This document shows positions 39,969 to 50,464 of a stretch of DNA of 64,000 nt, one piece after another. Numbering within the stretch: the stretch's first letter is position 1; each line of letters begins with the position of its first letter. Below the pieces are notes generated by a model. The model worked only from the letters and a program-made list of their open reading frames with translations, did no database searches and had not been told where the DNA came from. The translations under genes and the position numbers were made by a program. The stretch comes from Methanocellales archaeon (GTDB lineage Archaea > Halobacteriota > JAWCLZ01). The stretch lies in contig JAWCLZ010000004.1 of NCBI GenBank assembly GCA_038850275.1, forward strand, positions 31,946 through 95,945, given 5' to 3'.

Positions 39969-41198
39969 CTATCCAAACATCCCAGGGGGTATTTCCACTT
40001 TTTCCTTTGCTTTCTTCTGGACTTTTTCAATTGCCTTTAAGAAGTCCTCCTCAGTAACGGTTTTACCCCGCCTTCGAATTGCAAACATCCCTGCTTCCAT
40101 TGCAATTGCGCGGATATCTGCACCTGTCATGCCCTCAGTTAGCTCCGCTAGCTTGCTTAGCTTTACATTCCTGCTTAAGCTCATATTTCTAGTGTGAATC
40201 TTGAAGATTTCCTCTCGGCCTTTGAAATCAGGTAGTGGTATTTCTATCATTCTATCGAATCTACCTGGTCGGAGTAACGCTGGGTCTAGCATATCAATTC
40301 GATTGGTGGCTGCAATTATCCTAACATTCCCGCGCTCGTTGAATCCATCTAGTTCTGCAAGCAGCTGGGTCATGGTGCGATTTACCTCTGCACTGCCTGA
40401 GGTGCCATCGTAGGTTCTCCTGCTTCCAACTGCATCTATTTCATCGATGAATACTATGCTTGGTGCTTTCTTCCTCGCTAGTTGGAATAAATCACGCACT
40501 AACTGAGCTCCCTCGCCTATGAATTTATGCACAAGCTCTGAGCCAGACATTTTAATGAATGTCGCTTTGGCGCGATTGGCCACTGCTTTAGCAAGAAGGG
40601 TTTTACCAGTGCCAGGGGGGCCATATAGCAATACTCCCTTCGGGGGCTCTATTCCCACTGTTTTGAATAATTCGGGATTGGTTAGCGGTAGCTCTACTGC
40701 TTCGATTAATTCTTGAATTTGCTCACTAAGTCCACCTATTGAGCTGTAATCCACATTTGGTGCTTCAATTACCTCCATAACTTGAGCCCTGGGATCAACG
40801 GTTTTTCCAATTATCTTTACAATTGCAAGGCTACTGTTGAGCGCCACTCTTGTATTTAGCTCGAGCTTGTTAAATAGCTCAGGCGCCACTTTAACAAGGT
40901 ACTCCTGATTGCTCCCGTGCTGCCTAACTAGAACAGTGTTATCTTCATATATCTCAATCACGCTGGCTATGAAGAGAGGGGGCCTTCGAAGCTGAAGGTT
41001 TTCCTGCTGCAGTCGAATGATTTCCTCCCTAGCATTTGCTGCTGCTATATCTGCTTCCAGCAATTTGGACTTGAGGTCATCTATTGTAATCTTAAGCTGC
41101 TTGATCTCATTAAGCAATTGCTGCTTCTCGGCCTCTAGGGCTTTGATTCTCTCATTCGCGTGATATCCTGCTGAGGAATTTATGTGAATTGGACTCAT
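39969..41198 (-). CDS. pan: Proteasome-activating nucleotidase
   Basis: N-terminal coiled coil, OB domain, [16 protein letters not shown]-terminal HbYX-like MFG. Confidence 0.95.
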   Translation of the reverse strand: MSPIHINSSAGYHANERIKALEAEKQQLLNEIKQLKITIDDLKSKLLEADIAAANAREEIIRLQQENLQLRRPPLFIASVIEIYEDNTVLVRQHGSNQEYLVKVAPELFNKLELNTRVALNSSLAIVKIIGKTVDPRAQVMEVIEAPNVDYSSIGGLSEQIQELIEAVELPLTNPELFKTVGIEPPKGVLLYGPPGTGKTLLAKAVANRAKATFIKMSGSELVHKFIGEGAQLVRDLFQLARKKAPSIVFIDEIDAVGSRRTYDGTSGSAEVNRTMTQLLAELDGFNERGNVRIIAATNRIDMLDPALLRPGRFDRMIEIPLPDFKGREEIFKIHTRNMSLSRNVKLSKLAELTEGMTGADIRAIAMEAGMFAIRRRGKTVTEEDFLKAIEKVQKKAKEKVEIPPGMFG

Positions 41199-41261
41199 TT
41201 GGGCTTTTAAATTGTATGCTATTTTTATAATGCTTTCTATTTTATCCTTATATTTATGATT

Positions 41262-44066
41262 TTATAAATCCCAGTATTTCTTTGTTTTTATATACTGCCT
41301 CTCGGCTTTTAAGATTTCCCTGTAGAAATCCTCTTCATCCACATGTTGCCTTCTAAGGATCCGCGAGGCAGCCTCTGGGCCTAATCCACGACTCGAGAGT
41401 GCAATAACAGCTTGCTTACCATGGGAGAGCACTAGATTCGCATTTCTGAAGATTCGCTTAACGCGGTTTTTCTCTTCTTGGGTTCTTAAATGCTCTGGTT
41501 TTTTCAAAAGCTTTATCTCCCCCTCCTCCCAGGGCTTGAGCGCTGCTATCAATCTTGAGCCGCATAGGGCGCATTTAGGCTGCTCCTGCACTTGCATTAC
41601 TCTCTGCGTGGATTTCCATTGCTTGCAGTTGAGGCAGATTAATAAAACGCGGTCATTTAATATTCGGTTTTTCAATGCAAGTACTATGGATTGGTCGATC
41701 TTCTCAGGATATAAAAGTTCATAGCCAGCTGTATATCCTGAGAGGCCAATTGGACTTAAATTTGAAATTGCAATGGATATTTCACCTCGATTTATTAAAC
41801 TAAAGATCTCCCTAGCCCTTGGAATATCAAGTTTATCGTGATATATCTCGCGAATTGCTTCTTCATAAAGCGGGGTATTGCTGTATATCGAGATCAACTT
41901 ATCCATCCCAATTTTTTCTTGATCTACATCTTTTCTCGCAGCGCCAAATCTTCTAGCCACATGGAGTAATTTCCACTTCAAAAGCGAGGATTGCTTTAGC
42001 GTTATCTCTATTATAGGCTCTAGGTGCTCTGCTTTGATGCTTCTAATAAGCTCAGCTATCTGCTCAGCTGATGTTTTCTTAGGGAGTTCGAGCTTGATTC
42101 TATAGGGATCTATCTCTAAGGCAACGCTACTTCCAAATCTAGCTGCGAGTAATGAGCTTAATACTCTACCGATTGTTTCATTTACTCTATGCCCAAAGCA
42201 TGCGTTTAATATCACGGTTTTCCCATTGCTCTCAATCGTTATTTTATCATGAGTTGGTACCTCGCAGCCTGCTTTTATTTGTTCTTTCACAAGCTGAATG
42301 ACTTTTTTAAAAGTAGCTACATCCGCGTGGTACTCACGCTGCTTTAAAATCAACTGGGCTATTTCATCATTGTTTAAATGCGCCAGCTTGGAGATCTCAG
42401 CTCTAAGCATGCCAACTTCCTGAGCTACTTCAAAGGGCACCGGGATCTCTTCGCCACTCCACCTTGGTATTTCTCCCTCGGGATTTTCAACTGGCTCGAC
42501 CTTGATTTTATCCCCAGCTACATCTAATACTCGCCACATCTCCCCCTTTGCAATGAAGATGGCTCCATTTTGAGCGAAGTTAACTGCGAATGCTTCATCT
42601 AAACTCGCTATACTCCTCCCTCTAACTATATCATATACTTCATAGCGCTTTTCATCAGGTATCATTGAGAGGTTTTCATAGAAATATTGCCAAGTCCTTT
42701 TCCCCCTCTTCACCATTCCATTTTCCATTGAAATTAACCGCTGTTCCTTAAGCTGATTCAAAATTTGCTGGAATCTTTGAAATGAGAACTCTTCAAATGG
42801 ATAGGCTTTTTTAATCAGTTGATATATCTTGGCCGCGTTTACTTCGCGATGCTCAAGTGCTGCAGCGCAGATTTGATTAGCAATTACATCCATTGGTTCT
42901 TTATATATGTTGAGCTGCTCTATCTCGCAATTCTTCGCTCTCCTTGCAATTACACAGGCCTCCGCGATATCATCTGGCTCTGAGGCAATGATTGTTCCGC
43001 TGGATACATCACCCACTCTATGGCCTGATCTCCCCACGCGCTGAAGCAACCTAGTAACTTCCCGTGGAGAGTGATACTGAACCACGTGGTCTATCAAGCC
43101 AATGTCAATGCCAAGTTCCATTGAAGAAGTGCAAATCAATGCTTTTAATCTCCCTTCTTTAAATGCATTCTCCGCCTCTATCCTAGCATCTCTGGAGAGC
43201 GAGCTATGGTGAACCTCAACTTTAACTCCAAGCATTTTAAGCCTAGCCCCTAGTGCTTCAGCTGCTTGCCTGGTATTTACAAATATAAGCACCGATTGCC
43301 TCTGCTCTAGAATTTCTTTTATATATCTTATTTCAGCTGCATTTTCAACCTCAGTTAGGAGCTTTCTAGCAAGTTCTTTGTCCTCTTCTGTCAATGCTGG
43401 GCTTCTAACTTGAAAATCAAGCTGCTTAGCAATTGAAATATCAACTACTTCGACCTTTCTATTTCCACCTAGAAACTTCATAACTTCGTTTATTCCACCA
43501 ATGGTTGCGGATAATCCAATTCGCTGAAACTCCGAGAAATCCGCAAGTCTTTCAAGTGCAATTGCAAGCTGGGAGCCTCTTTTCGAATCAGCTAATTCGT
43601 GAATTTCATCTATTATTACGTAGCGAGTATTCTTTAAATGAGCCTTTAGCTTTGGAGCAATTAATAATATTTGAAATGTCTCAGGCGTGGTGATCAATAA
43701 ATCAGGTGGCGAGGTAGCTTGCCTGCGCCTCTCCCTTTCAGGTGTATCGCCATGTCTAACCTGCACTTTAATCTCGAGCTCTCGACTTAGAGCTTCAAGC
43801 CGCTTGAGCATATCTCGATTTAAAGCGCGTAGAGGAGTTATGTATATAGCAGATATGCCATTTCTCGCTTTTTGATTCAAAATTTTATGGAATATAGGTA
43901 GAATTGCTGCCTCAGTTTTACCCGTGCCAGTGGGTGCAGCAATTAAAACATTTTTCCCCTCAAGAATCAAAGGTATAGCACGCTCTTGAGGCTCAGTAGG
44001 GGTTTTCAAGCCTATTTTTTCCAGCGCATTTCTTATTTTTGGGTCAAGCAATTCAAATGCATTCAC
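41262..44066 (-). CDS. lhr: Lhr-family SF2 helicase with C-terminal zinc finger
   Basis: APTGTGKT, DEIH, SAT, ELGIDIG, QRVGRSGH; CLNC...CALC. Confidence 0.92.
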   Translation of the reverse strand: MNAFELLDPKIRNALEKIGLKTPTEPQERAIPLILEGKNVLIAAPTGTGKTEAAILPIFHKILNQKARNGISAIYITPLRALNRDMLKRLEALSRELEIKVQVRHGDTPERERRRQATSPPDLLITTPETFQILLIAPKLKAHLKNTRYVIIDEIHELADSKRGSQLAIALERLADFSEFQRIGLSATIGGINEVMKFLGGNRKVEVVDISIAKQLDFQVRSPALTEEDKELARKLLTEVENAAEIRYIKEILEQRQSVLIFVNTRQAAEALGARLKMLGVKVEVHHSSLSRDARIEAENAFKEGRLKALICTSSMELGIDIGLIDHVVQYHSPREVTRLLQRVGRSGHRVGDVSSGTIIASEPDDIAEACVIARRAKNCEIEQLNIYKEPMDVIANQICAAALEHREVNAAKIYQLIKKAYPFEEFSFQRFQQILNQLKEQRLISMENGMVKRGKRTWQYFYENLSMIPDEKRYEVYDIVRGRSIASLDEAFAVNFAQNGAIFIAKGEMWRVLDVAGDKIKVEPVENPEGEIPRWSGEEIPVPFEVAQEVGMLRAEISKLAHLNNDEIAQLILKQREYHADVATFKKVIQLVKEQIKAGCEVPTHDKITIESNGKTVILNACFGHRVNETIGRVLSSLLAARFGSSVALEIDPYRIKLELPKKTSAEQIAELIRSIKAEHLEPIIEITLKQSSLLKWKLLHVARRFGAARKDVDQEKIGMDKLISIYSNTPLYEEAIREIYHDKLDIPRAREIFSLINRGEISIAISNLSPIGLSGYTAGYELLYPEKIDQSIVLALKNRILNDRVLLICLNCKQWKSTQRVMQVQEQPKCALCGSRLIAALKPWEEGEIKLLKKPEHLRTQEEKNRVKRIFRNANLVLSHGKQAVIALSSRGLGPEAASRILRRQHVDEEDFYREILKAERQYIKTKKYWDL

Positions 44067-44119
44067 GAATTAATTATTCGACGCAAAATCTATTAGCCTT
44101 TATGTTGAATTATCAATGG

Positions 44120-45226
44120 ATGGGCTGGATATTTGCTAGACCAGACGCGGAATTAGTATGGCAGAATGCAGAGGTGAGGCGAAGGCTTAGTTGGTACTAC
44201 GCGGTTATGTTGGATGAAAAGCCATCTAAGTTTTTGATCTGCAAGAGAATTGAGGCAAATTTCAAGCAAGGGGATTCCATTGAAGACCTTTGGAGAGAAC
44301 ACAGCAGCCTTGCCATTGTCTTTAAAGAAACGCTTCAGGGAATCGCAAGCGGGGAAATCAAGCTAGAGGATTTAGAAGTTAAGTCCCCAAATTTTCTGGA
44401 TCTTAAGATTGAAATTGTGAATCGCTTACTCGAGAGCTGCATCTTCTGCGAGCGGAGATGTAAAGCAAATAGAAAAGAAGGCGCAAAGGGTTTCTGCGAG
44501 CTTGACAGTGTTGCTAGGGTTTCATCTTGCTTTCACCACTATGGCGAGGAGGCACCTTTAGTTCCCAGTGGCACTATTTTCTTCACCTCTTGTAACTTTC
44601 GATGTCAATTCTGCCAGAACTGGGATATCTCCACAGATCCATATAATGGAGTTGAAGTCGACCCAAAGAAACTTGCATCCCTAGCAAGAACTCTACGTCG
44701 AGAGGGATGTAGAAATATAAATTATGTTGGCGGTGATCCCACTCCAAATTTGCATATCATTGTTGAGTCACTACGCTATTTAGATATAAACGTCCCTCTT
44801 CTCTGGAACAGCAATCTCTACTGCAGCGAGGAAGCGATGAAAATATTAACTGAGTTAATGGACATATGGCTTCCTGACTTCAAATACTATAGCGATGCTT
44901 GCGCGGAGAGATTAAGCAAGGTTAAGAATTACTTCGCTGTTGTATCGAGGAACCACAAACTGGCTCATGAAAGTGGCGATATCATCATAAGGCACTTGGT
45001 TTTGCCAAATCACTTGGATTGCGATACCAAGCCACTGCTTGAGTGGATAGCTTCAAATCTACCTAGAGCGCTTGTTAATATAATGGGTCAATATCGCCCT
45101 GAGCACGTAGTTGCAAGAACGCCTCATCTATTTAAAGATATAGCTAGGAGACCCAGTTTTGAGGAAATGGATAGAGCAATGAGAATTGCAAAAAAACTTG
45201 GAATTGTATATGAACCCGTCTCTTAA
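44120..45226 (+). CDS. PflX-like radical SAM protein
   Basis: CIFCERRC, GEEAPLVPSGTIFFTSCNFRCQFCQNWDIS, GGDPTP, PDFKY, IRHLVLP, NIMGQYRP; alternative start 44102. Confidence 0.88.
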   Translation: MGWIFARPDAELVWQNAEVRRRLSWYYAVMLDEKPSKFLICKRIEANFKQGDSIEDLWREHSSLAIVFKETLQGIASGEIKLEDLEVKSPNFLDLKIEIVNRLLESCIFCERRCKANRKEGAKGFCELDSVARVSSCFHHYGEEAPLVPSGTIFFTSCNFRCQFCQNWDISTDPYNGVEVDPKKLASLARTLRREGCRNINYVGGDPTPNLHIIVESLRYLDINVPLLWNSNLYCSEEAMKILTELMDIWLPDFKYYSDACAERLSKVKNYFAVVSRNHKLAHESGDIIIRHLVLPNHLDCDTKPLLEWIASNLPRALVNIMGQYRPEHVVARTPHLFKDIARRPSFEEMDRAMRIAKKLGIVYEPVS

Positions 45227-45993
45227 ACCCGCAGGTTTTCAATTTCACCTAGATAGGTGCCATCTAGTAGATAGCAAGTTGCTTTATTCAATTTAACTGC
45301 ATTTGAGGTGAAAAGGGGTCCAAGTAGCTCTGTATATGCTGCTTCATTGAAAGGTATGCCTCCAGCGAGTTCATTGAAGGCTGGCATAACTGTGAGGCGA
45401 GGGTTATTCCATTGTATTCCTCTATAGTGCTTTTCAATAGCAATGCGGTTAAACCTAGCTTTTATCCAAGCTGGCTCTAGGTGCTTTTTACCAAGGGCAT
45501 CTGTGAATTTAATCACAGGGTGATTATGACCCATTACCATTTCCTTTGCTTGAAAGAGCTCAGGACTTGGCCAAGCGTGGCCGTGGAAATAGGCTATGCC
45601 ATCTATTATTGCCCCTTCAGCTCTATGGATAACTATTTTTGATTTACTCGGCAGTAACTTCTTTATACCTCCATCGTGGTTCCCCGGCACTATTTCAATT
45701 AAAGCATGCTTCTCCAGTTCTCCTAGGAAATATGGAATCTCTCTTTTCTCTTGAAATGAAAGATATGGAACGTTGTGCTTCACATCCCCCAGTAGAACTA
45801 TTTTATCTGGCTTAACTTCATCCACATATTTCAATATTCTATTGAGTCTTTTCTCAGTCTGACTCGGGATATTGAACCCGCTGAAGTATAAATCCCATTC
45901 TATGCCTAAGTGAATATCAGCTATCACAAGGGTTTTTATTTTCTGCTCCACAACTAAAATTGGGGTATCAACCAATGGTTGGAGTTTGGGCAT
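45223..45993 (-). CDS. Lhr-associated (ICC-like) metallophosphoesterase
   Basis: ADIHLG, LGDVKH, GNHD, HGH, GHNHP, MPAFN. Confidence 0.9.
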   Translation of the reverse strand: MPKLQPLVDTPILVVEQKIKTLVIADIHLGIEWDLYFSGFNIPSQTEKRLNRILKYVDEVKPDKIVLLGDVKHNVPYLSFQEKREIPYFLGELEKHALIEIVPGNHDGGIKKLLPSKSKIVIHRAEGAIIDGIAYFHGHAWPSPELFQAKEMVMGHNHPVIKFTDALGKKHLEPAWIKARFNRIAIEKHYRGIQWNNPRLTVMPAFNELAGGIPFNEAAYTELLGPLFTSNAVKLNKATCYLLDGTYLGEIENLRV

Positions 45994-46005
45994 ATTTAAA
46001 ATTTA

Positions 46006-46146
46006 CTATTCATCTGAAACTGCATAGATTAGAGAGCTTCGCCTGCTGCAGTAGCCTGTGAATTTGCATTTATTCTGCTTCTTCACATAATATTTGCATT
46101 TTCCACATATAATTTCTATTAAATTTTTATGAGTAGACAAAGCCAT
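46006..46146 (-). CDS. 46-aa four-Cys microprotein (not in the ORF track)
   Basis: MALSTHKNLIEIICGKCKYYVKKQNKCKFTGYCSRRSSLIYAVSDE; ends 12 nt before the metallophosphoesterase start. Confidence 0.5.
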   Translation of the reverse strand: MALSTHKNLIEIICGKCKYYVKKQNKCKFTGYCSRRSSLIYAVSDE

Positions 46147-46301
46147 GGTATCCCCGAGAATGGCAGAGAATACATCTTTTTCTTATATAAATGTTTTGCC
46201 AGTCTCGATATTAAACAAATATTATTAATATAAATAATATTATTAATAACTTAAATTTAAAATAAAAAAATAAAAGAGAAAGGGGATGGATTAGATAATT
46301 T

Positions 46302-48638
46302 TCAAGCTATGGTATACCTTTTTCTATCCATTAACTCCTGCCTCTTGCCAGCATTCCAACCGCTAACAGCGTTATAATAGCCAGTTATTCGACTGTAGTG
46401 ATCCACGTGCATTGAACCACAGCGCTTGCAGCTATCGTGCAATCCAGGTTCAACGTGGTGATCTTCTAGGCAGATGGTGTAATCTTTGGTGAATGCAAAG
46501 TAGCCAATTTGAGTGTTTTTAATAATTTTCCAAGCCAGACTCCTGAGTCCAGCTGGATCTGGAGCGCTCTCACCAAGCCATATATGGAAAATATTTCCTC
46601 CATCAACGATGGGAAAGAAAACCTGCTCGATTTTAATTCGGTCTATGAGCGATATATCAGCAGAGGGTGAGACGTGAGTGCCATTTGTATAATAAACAGG
46701 CAGATCCCTTGTTCTTTCACGGCGATAGATCTCTTCAGCCTTCGCCACGTTGCCCTTCACAATATGCCTTGCTTTCTCTTTAAATTCATCGCTCAAAAGA
46801 TCGCTAACTGCAAATCTCTGCGCAGTTGATTCAGCAGGTGTTCTAGCTAGGGCTATTTTCATACCGTGCTTCCTGCTAAGTTCCTTTGCATATAACTCAA
46901 GCTCGGTCATAACCCAGATTCCAAATTTAAGTGCTTCCTTGGATTCATGCAGCTCTTTGCCCAAGTGATAGTGCACCATGTCATTCAGCCCCACTACGCC
47001 AATCGTCCATACTAAGTTGTTGAAATCAACAAGTGGAGGTAGCTTGGCGCCTGTATTTGGATCCAGCATTTGCTGCTGCGCGAATGGCATGCGGTGTTTC
47101 TGAATTAACTCCTTCATCCAGATGTGCTTGATTTTGAATATCTCTACAGCACTATCCATGAGCTTTTTAAGCTCGCGAATCAAGGCTTTATCGTCCCTCT
47201 CTGCTTTATATGCTGCTCTCGGTAGATTAAGCGAGATCACCTGCCAGCTTCCCATGGAGAAGTGCTTTCCATTGCGGAAGTAAAGCTTGTCCTCAAATTC
47301 CTTATCCTCCTGCATCGAGGAGGAGAAATTATAAGCACAGCATTGATAGCAAGAAATCCCCTTCCCAGCGCCTCGATACTCTGGCACTTGATTGTCGAAA
47401 TAAGGAGTGCCAAATTTGGCCGCGAGCTCGAAGGCTAGGTTATATAGATCTTCATAAGTTGGTATTTCAGTTCCATAGTATTCATCCTTCTCCTTTTCAA
47501 CTAAGAAATCCGGCTCTATTGAGATCTCTGGCTTGGGGAAGTTAAAGGGCTTGCCCCAGTAATCGCCCTCTAGCATTACTTCCATAAAGGCTTTGAAGAA
47601 GAGGCGATTCTCTTTCTCAAACTCTCCATAAACGCGAAGAGGCGCCATTTTACCATCATAGATCTTACCTCTCGCTACAACTGGTTTATCCCTCCAGATC
47701 CTTGGTACTCCAGGGCTGAGTTGAACAGAGGAGAAAACCACTTGACTGCCTCTCGCGACCATCATTTCCCCTATTTCATAAATGAACATTTGAGCAAGCT
47801 GCTTGATCTCTTTATAGGGCAGCCCTTCGAAGTATGGGGCTAAAAAGGTAATGAAGTTGTAGAATCCCTGACCACCTGAGAAATTAGTTTGACTTGATCC
47901 CAAGATCTTAGCTGCGTGGAGCACAGCTACAGCTGGATGCTTCGCTGGCCCAGCCACGCTTGTTTTATTGCCCACGCCATCGGGCACCAAGCCGCAGTAG
48001 AGGAAAACTCTTAAATCATGGTCTTGGCAAAAGGGGCGAGTTGTGAAATATTCAAGGTCGTGGATGTGGAGATCCCCAGATATATGAAGCTTCGCTAGTT
48101 CGGGAGGTAATTGCAGCAGTGCCTGTTCCTTGGATAGCTTATCAGCTTTTTTCTTATGCGCTGTTTCCGCATTTTCAATCAAATTTGAATTTTCCTTTGC
48201 CTCAAAGCCATAGCCCGTGTCAATTTGATGAGCATCATAAAGAGGCATGCCAACTCTAGTAGAAACATTTCTCCATTCAACATATCCCTTTTTCAATAGA
48301 ATAGTGTTGACAACCTCTCTCACAAGCGGAGCTGCTACTACATCGAGATTCATATTTCTAATCAGCTTCTCAACTTCCTTAGCTATCTCGATAGCTGTAG
48401 CGCGGTCACAGGGATCTTTTCCGTGGAACTTGAAGGCGATCTTGGTTTCAGTTATCAGCTGATCTACTATCTCATTCCGATCCCAAGGCACTAAGTGCCC
48501 GTCACTTGTCATAACTTTAGGCAGCGATGGAGCAACTTCACCGGTTAAAGTTGTCTGCTTGTGCTTCTCCTGCGTCCCTCCTTGGTGAAGCTTTAGATCA
48601 GCCTCAGATTGTACTCTAATCGTTGATTCCATATTCAC
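46302..48638 (-). CDS. nrdD: Class III anaerobic ribonucleotide reductase with ATP cone
   Basis: HIHDLEY, CYQCC finger-loop region, TPAES, YYTNGTHV, C-terminal RITGY glycyl-radical motif. Confidence 0.96.
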   Translation of the reverse strand: MNMESTIRVQSEADLKLHQGGTQEKHKQTTLTGEVAPSLPKVMTSDGHLVPWDRNEIVDQLITETKIAFKFHGKDPCDRATAIEIAKEVEKLIRNMNLDVVAAPLVREVVNTILLKKGYVEWRNVSTRVGMPLYDAHQIDTGYGFEAKENSNLIENAETAHKKKADKLSKEQALLQLPPELAKLHISGDLHIHDLEYFTTRPFCQDHDLRVFLYCGLVPDGVGNKTSVAGPAKHPAVAVLHAAKILGSSQTNFSGGQGFYNFITFLAPYFEGLPYKEIKQLAQMFIYEIGEMMVARGSQVVFSSVQLSPGVPRIWRDKPVVARGKIYDGKMAPLRVYGEFEKENRLFFKAFMEVMLEGDYWGKPFNFPKPEISIEPDFLVEKEKDEYYGTEIPTYEDLYNLAFELAAKFGTPYFDNQVPEYRGAGKGISCYQCCAYNFSSSMQEDKEFEDKLYFRNGKHFSMGSWQVISLNLPRAAYKAERDDKALIRELKKLMDSAVEIFKIKHIWMKELIQKHRMPFAQQQMLDPNTGAKLPPLVDFNNLVWTIGVVGLNDMVHYHLGKELHESKEALKFGIWVMTELELYAKELSRKHGMKIALARTPAESTAQRFAVSDLLSDEFKEKARHIVKGNVAKAEEIYRRERTRDLPVYYTNGTHVSPSADISLIDRIKIEQVFFPIVDGGNIFHIWLGESAPDPAGLRSLAWKIIKNTQIGYFAFTKDYTICLEDHHVEPGLHDSCKRCGSMHVDHYSRITGYYNAVSGWNAGKRQELMDRKRYTIA

Positions 48639-48892
48639 TTCGCCTCGAGTCTCTTGATTATTTCTCTATTCAAACTCTCTCCCTGGAAAATTTCTTTAGA
48701 AGTATAGAATTCATCCTCTATTTGTAGCACAGGTGCAGTGTTGGTAAAGACTCCATTGAAGCGTAGTTCTACAAGTGAGTCAACGGTGGACATATTTCTC
48801 TCCTCAAATATCCAACCACTGCTTGCTAGCTCTTTTTTAAGTCTATCGCAGGATGGACAGTTTGGGAGAGTATATATTATTATTGAAACCAT
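48635..48892 (-). CDS. nrdH: NrdH/glutaredoxin-like redoxin
   Basis: YTLPNCPSC, TAPVL cis-Pro; stop overlaps the nrdD start; GGAGG SD; start moved to ATG 48892. Confidence 0.8.
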   Translation of the reverse strand: MVSIIIYTLPNCPSCDRLKKELASSGWIFEERNMSTVDSLVELRFNGVFTNTAPVLQIEDEFYTSKEIFQGESLNREIIKRLEAK

Positions 48893-49263
48893 AGTAAATC
48901 CCCTCCAACCCGAGAGAGAGAGCGGGTGTATTGCAGTATCTCTGAGCAAGATCACATGAGAATTACAATAATAAGTGGTTTTTGATAAGCAAGTTGATCC
49001 TATAATAAATATTCTTTGATCAGCTCTGATAACTATATTTAACCAAATATGATAACAAATGGTTATTTTTGAAATTTTTTTATCTTTTAGCAACACCTTA
49101 TATATTGTGCAAATACTTTTATGGTCATAATATATGAATATATGTTCACATCAACTAATCATCATAATTATGAATAATTGAATTAACAAATTCAACCAAA
49201 GGACAATAAAAGTATATATTGAAAGGAGAATATAAGAAAAATTTAATAAATTGGGGATTGGTT

Positions 49264-50007
49264 ATGGCTTATAGGCAAGAACGCGTGAAAACAGGAATTG
49301 AAGGCTTCGATGAAATTTGCGGGGGAGGACTGATCAGGGATAGAAGCTATCTACTAGCAGGTGGCAGTGGCGCAGGTAAGACCATATTTGGTGTTCAATT
49401 CCTCTACAACGGCGTTGTACAGTATGGAGAGAAGGGAATTTTTGTGGCCACTGAAGAGCGCCCAGAGCAAATTAGAAAAGATGTGCTTGCATTTGGATGG
49501 GATTTGAAAAAACTCGAGGAAGATAAGAAACTAGCGATAATTGATGCTTCTGCAACTAAAATTGGCATACCATCCCACGAGCGCTATGTGGATGTTCGGC
49601 CCTTTGATTTAAGATCCCTCATAGACCAGATAGTCACAGTTCAAGAGGAAATAGATGCTCAGCGTGCAGTTGTGGATTCAACTACAGCCATAGGCTATTC
49701 TTTAGGTGGCGAGGTACCTAAAATTCGCTTAGAGCTTTTGAAGCTAGCAGCCACGCTTGATATTCTAGGCTTGACCTCGCTTTTAACCTGCGAAGTGGTT
49801 GATGAGAATCATCCAAGTAGATTTGGAGTAGAGCCATTTGTCACCGAAGGAACCATAGCTATGTACTATAGGCGAACTGAAAACGTAAGGGTGCGAAGCA
49901 TAGAGATATTCAAGATGCGCGGCTCGGATCACAGTAGAAAGCTACATCCTTTCGAGATAACATCCCGTGGAATAGTAGTACATCCACACGAAGAAGTATA
50001 TGTATAA
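49264..50007 (+). CDS. Single-domain KaiC-like ATPase (intact motifs)
   Basis: KTGIEGFD, GGSGAGKT, ATEE, VVDS, IFKMRGSDH; start moved to ATG 49264. Confidence 0.9.
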   Translation: MAYRQERVKTGIEGFDEICGGGLIRDRSYLLAGGSGAGKTIFGVQFLYNGVVQYGEKGIFVATEERPEQIRKDVLAFGWDLKKLEEDKKLAIIDASATKIGIPSHERYVDVRPFDLRSLIDQIVTVQEEIDAQRAVVDSTTAIGYSLGGEVPKIRLELLKLAATLDILGLTSLLTCEVVDENHPSRFGVEPFVTEGTIAMYYRRTENVRVRSIEIFKMRGSDHSRKLHPFEITSRGIVVHPHEEVYV

Positions 50008-50093
50008 ATAATACTATACAAATTCAAACTATATTTTATTAATATAAAATATGATAAAATTTAAATATTAATTTATCTCATCATTATGATGAA

Positions 50094-50441
50094 ATGGAAA
50101 CTCAAAAAGCTGAAATGGGATTTGTTGAGGAACTTGCAAAGTTATATGCAAAGAATAGAAAGGAGATGAAAATAGAGCCAGTGGAGAGGCTTAAAAAACT
50201 TGAGACCGAGCATCTTGCTAATATTGATCGCTATTTAAAGCAATTGGAAAAATTAAGGGAAAACCACGCCAAACTCAGTCAAGCCATAAATTTACTCAAA
50301 GAGATAAACCTAGAAGTTTACCCTGAATATCTTTCAAAGCTAAATAGCTATTCAAATGAAATAAAGCAGCTTGAAATCGATCTAGCACAAGAACAAAACT
50401 TTCTAAATTACCTCCGCAATCGAGTTTTACCATTGATTTAG
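50094..50441 (+). CDS. Coiled-coil hypothetical protein
   Basis: Heptad-like Leu/Glu/Lys composition; no motif. Confidence 0.6.
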   Translation: METQKAEMGFVEELAKLYAKNRKEMKIEPVERLKKLETEHLANIDRYLKQLEKLRENHAKLSQAINLLKEINLEVYPEYLSKLNSYSNEIKQLEIDLAQEQNFLNYLRNRVLPLI

Positions 50442-50464
50442 TTTGATTTAGTTTTTAATTTAGC

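Noticed and set aside
49264-50007. Circadian clock (kaiC)
   Set aside because: Single-domain protein with no kaiA or kaiB; belongs to the general archaeal KaiC-like family
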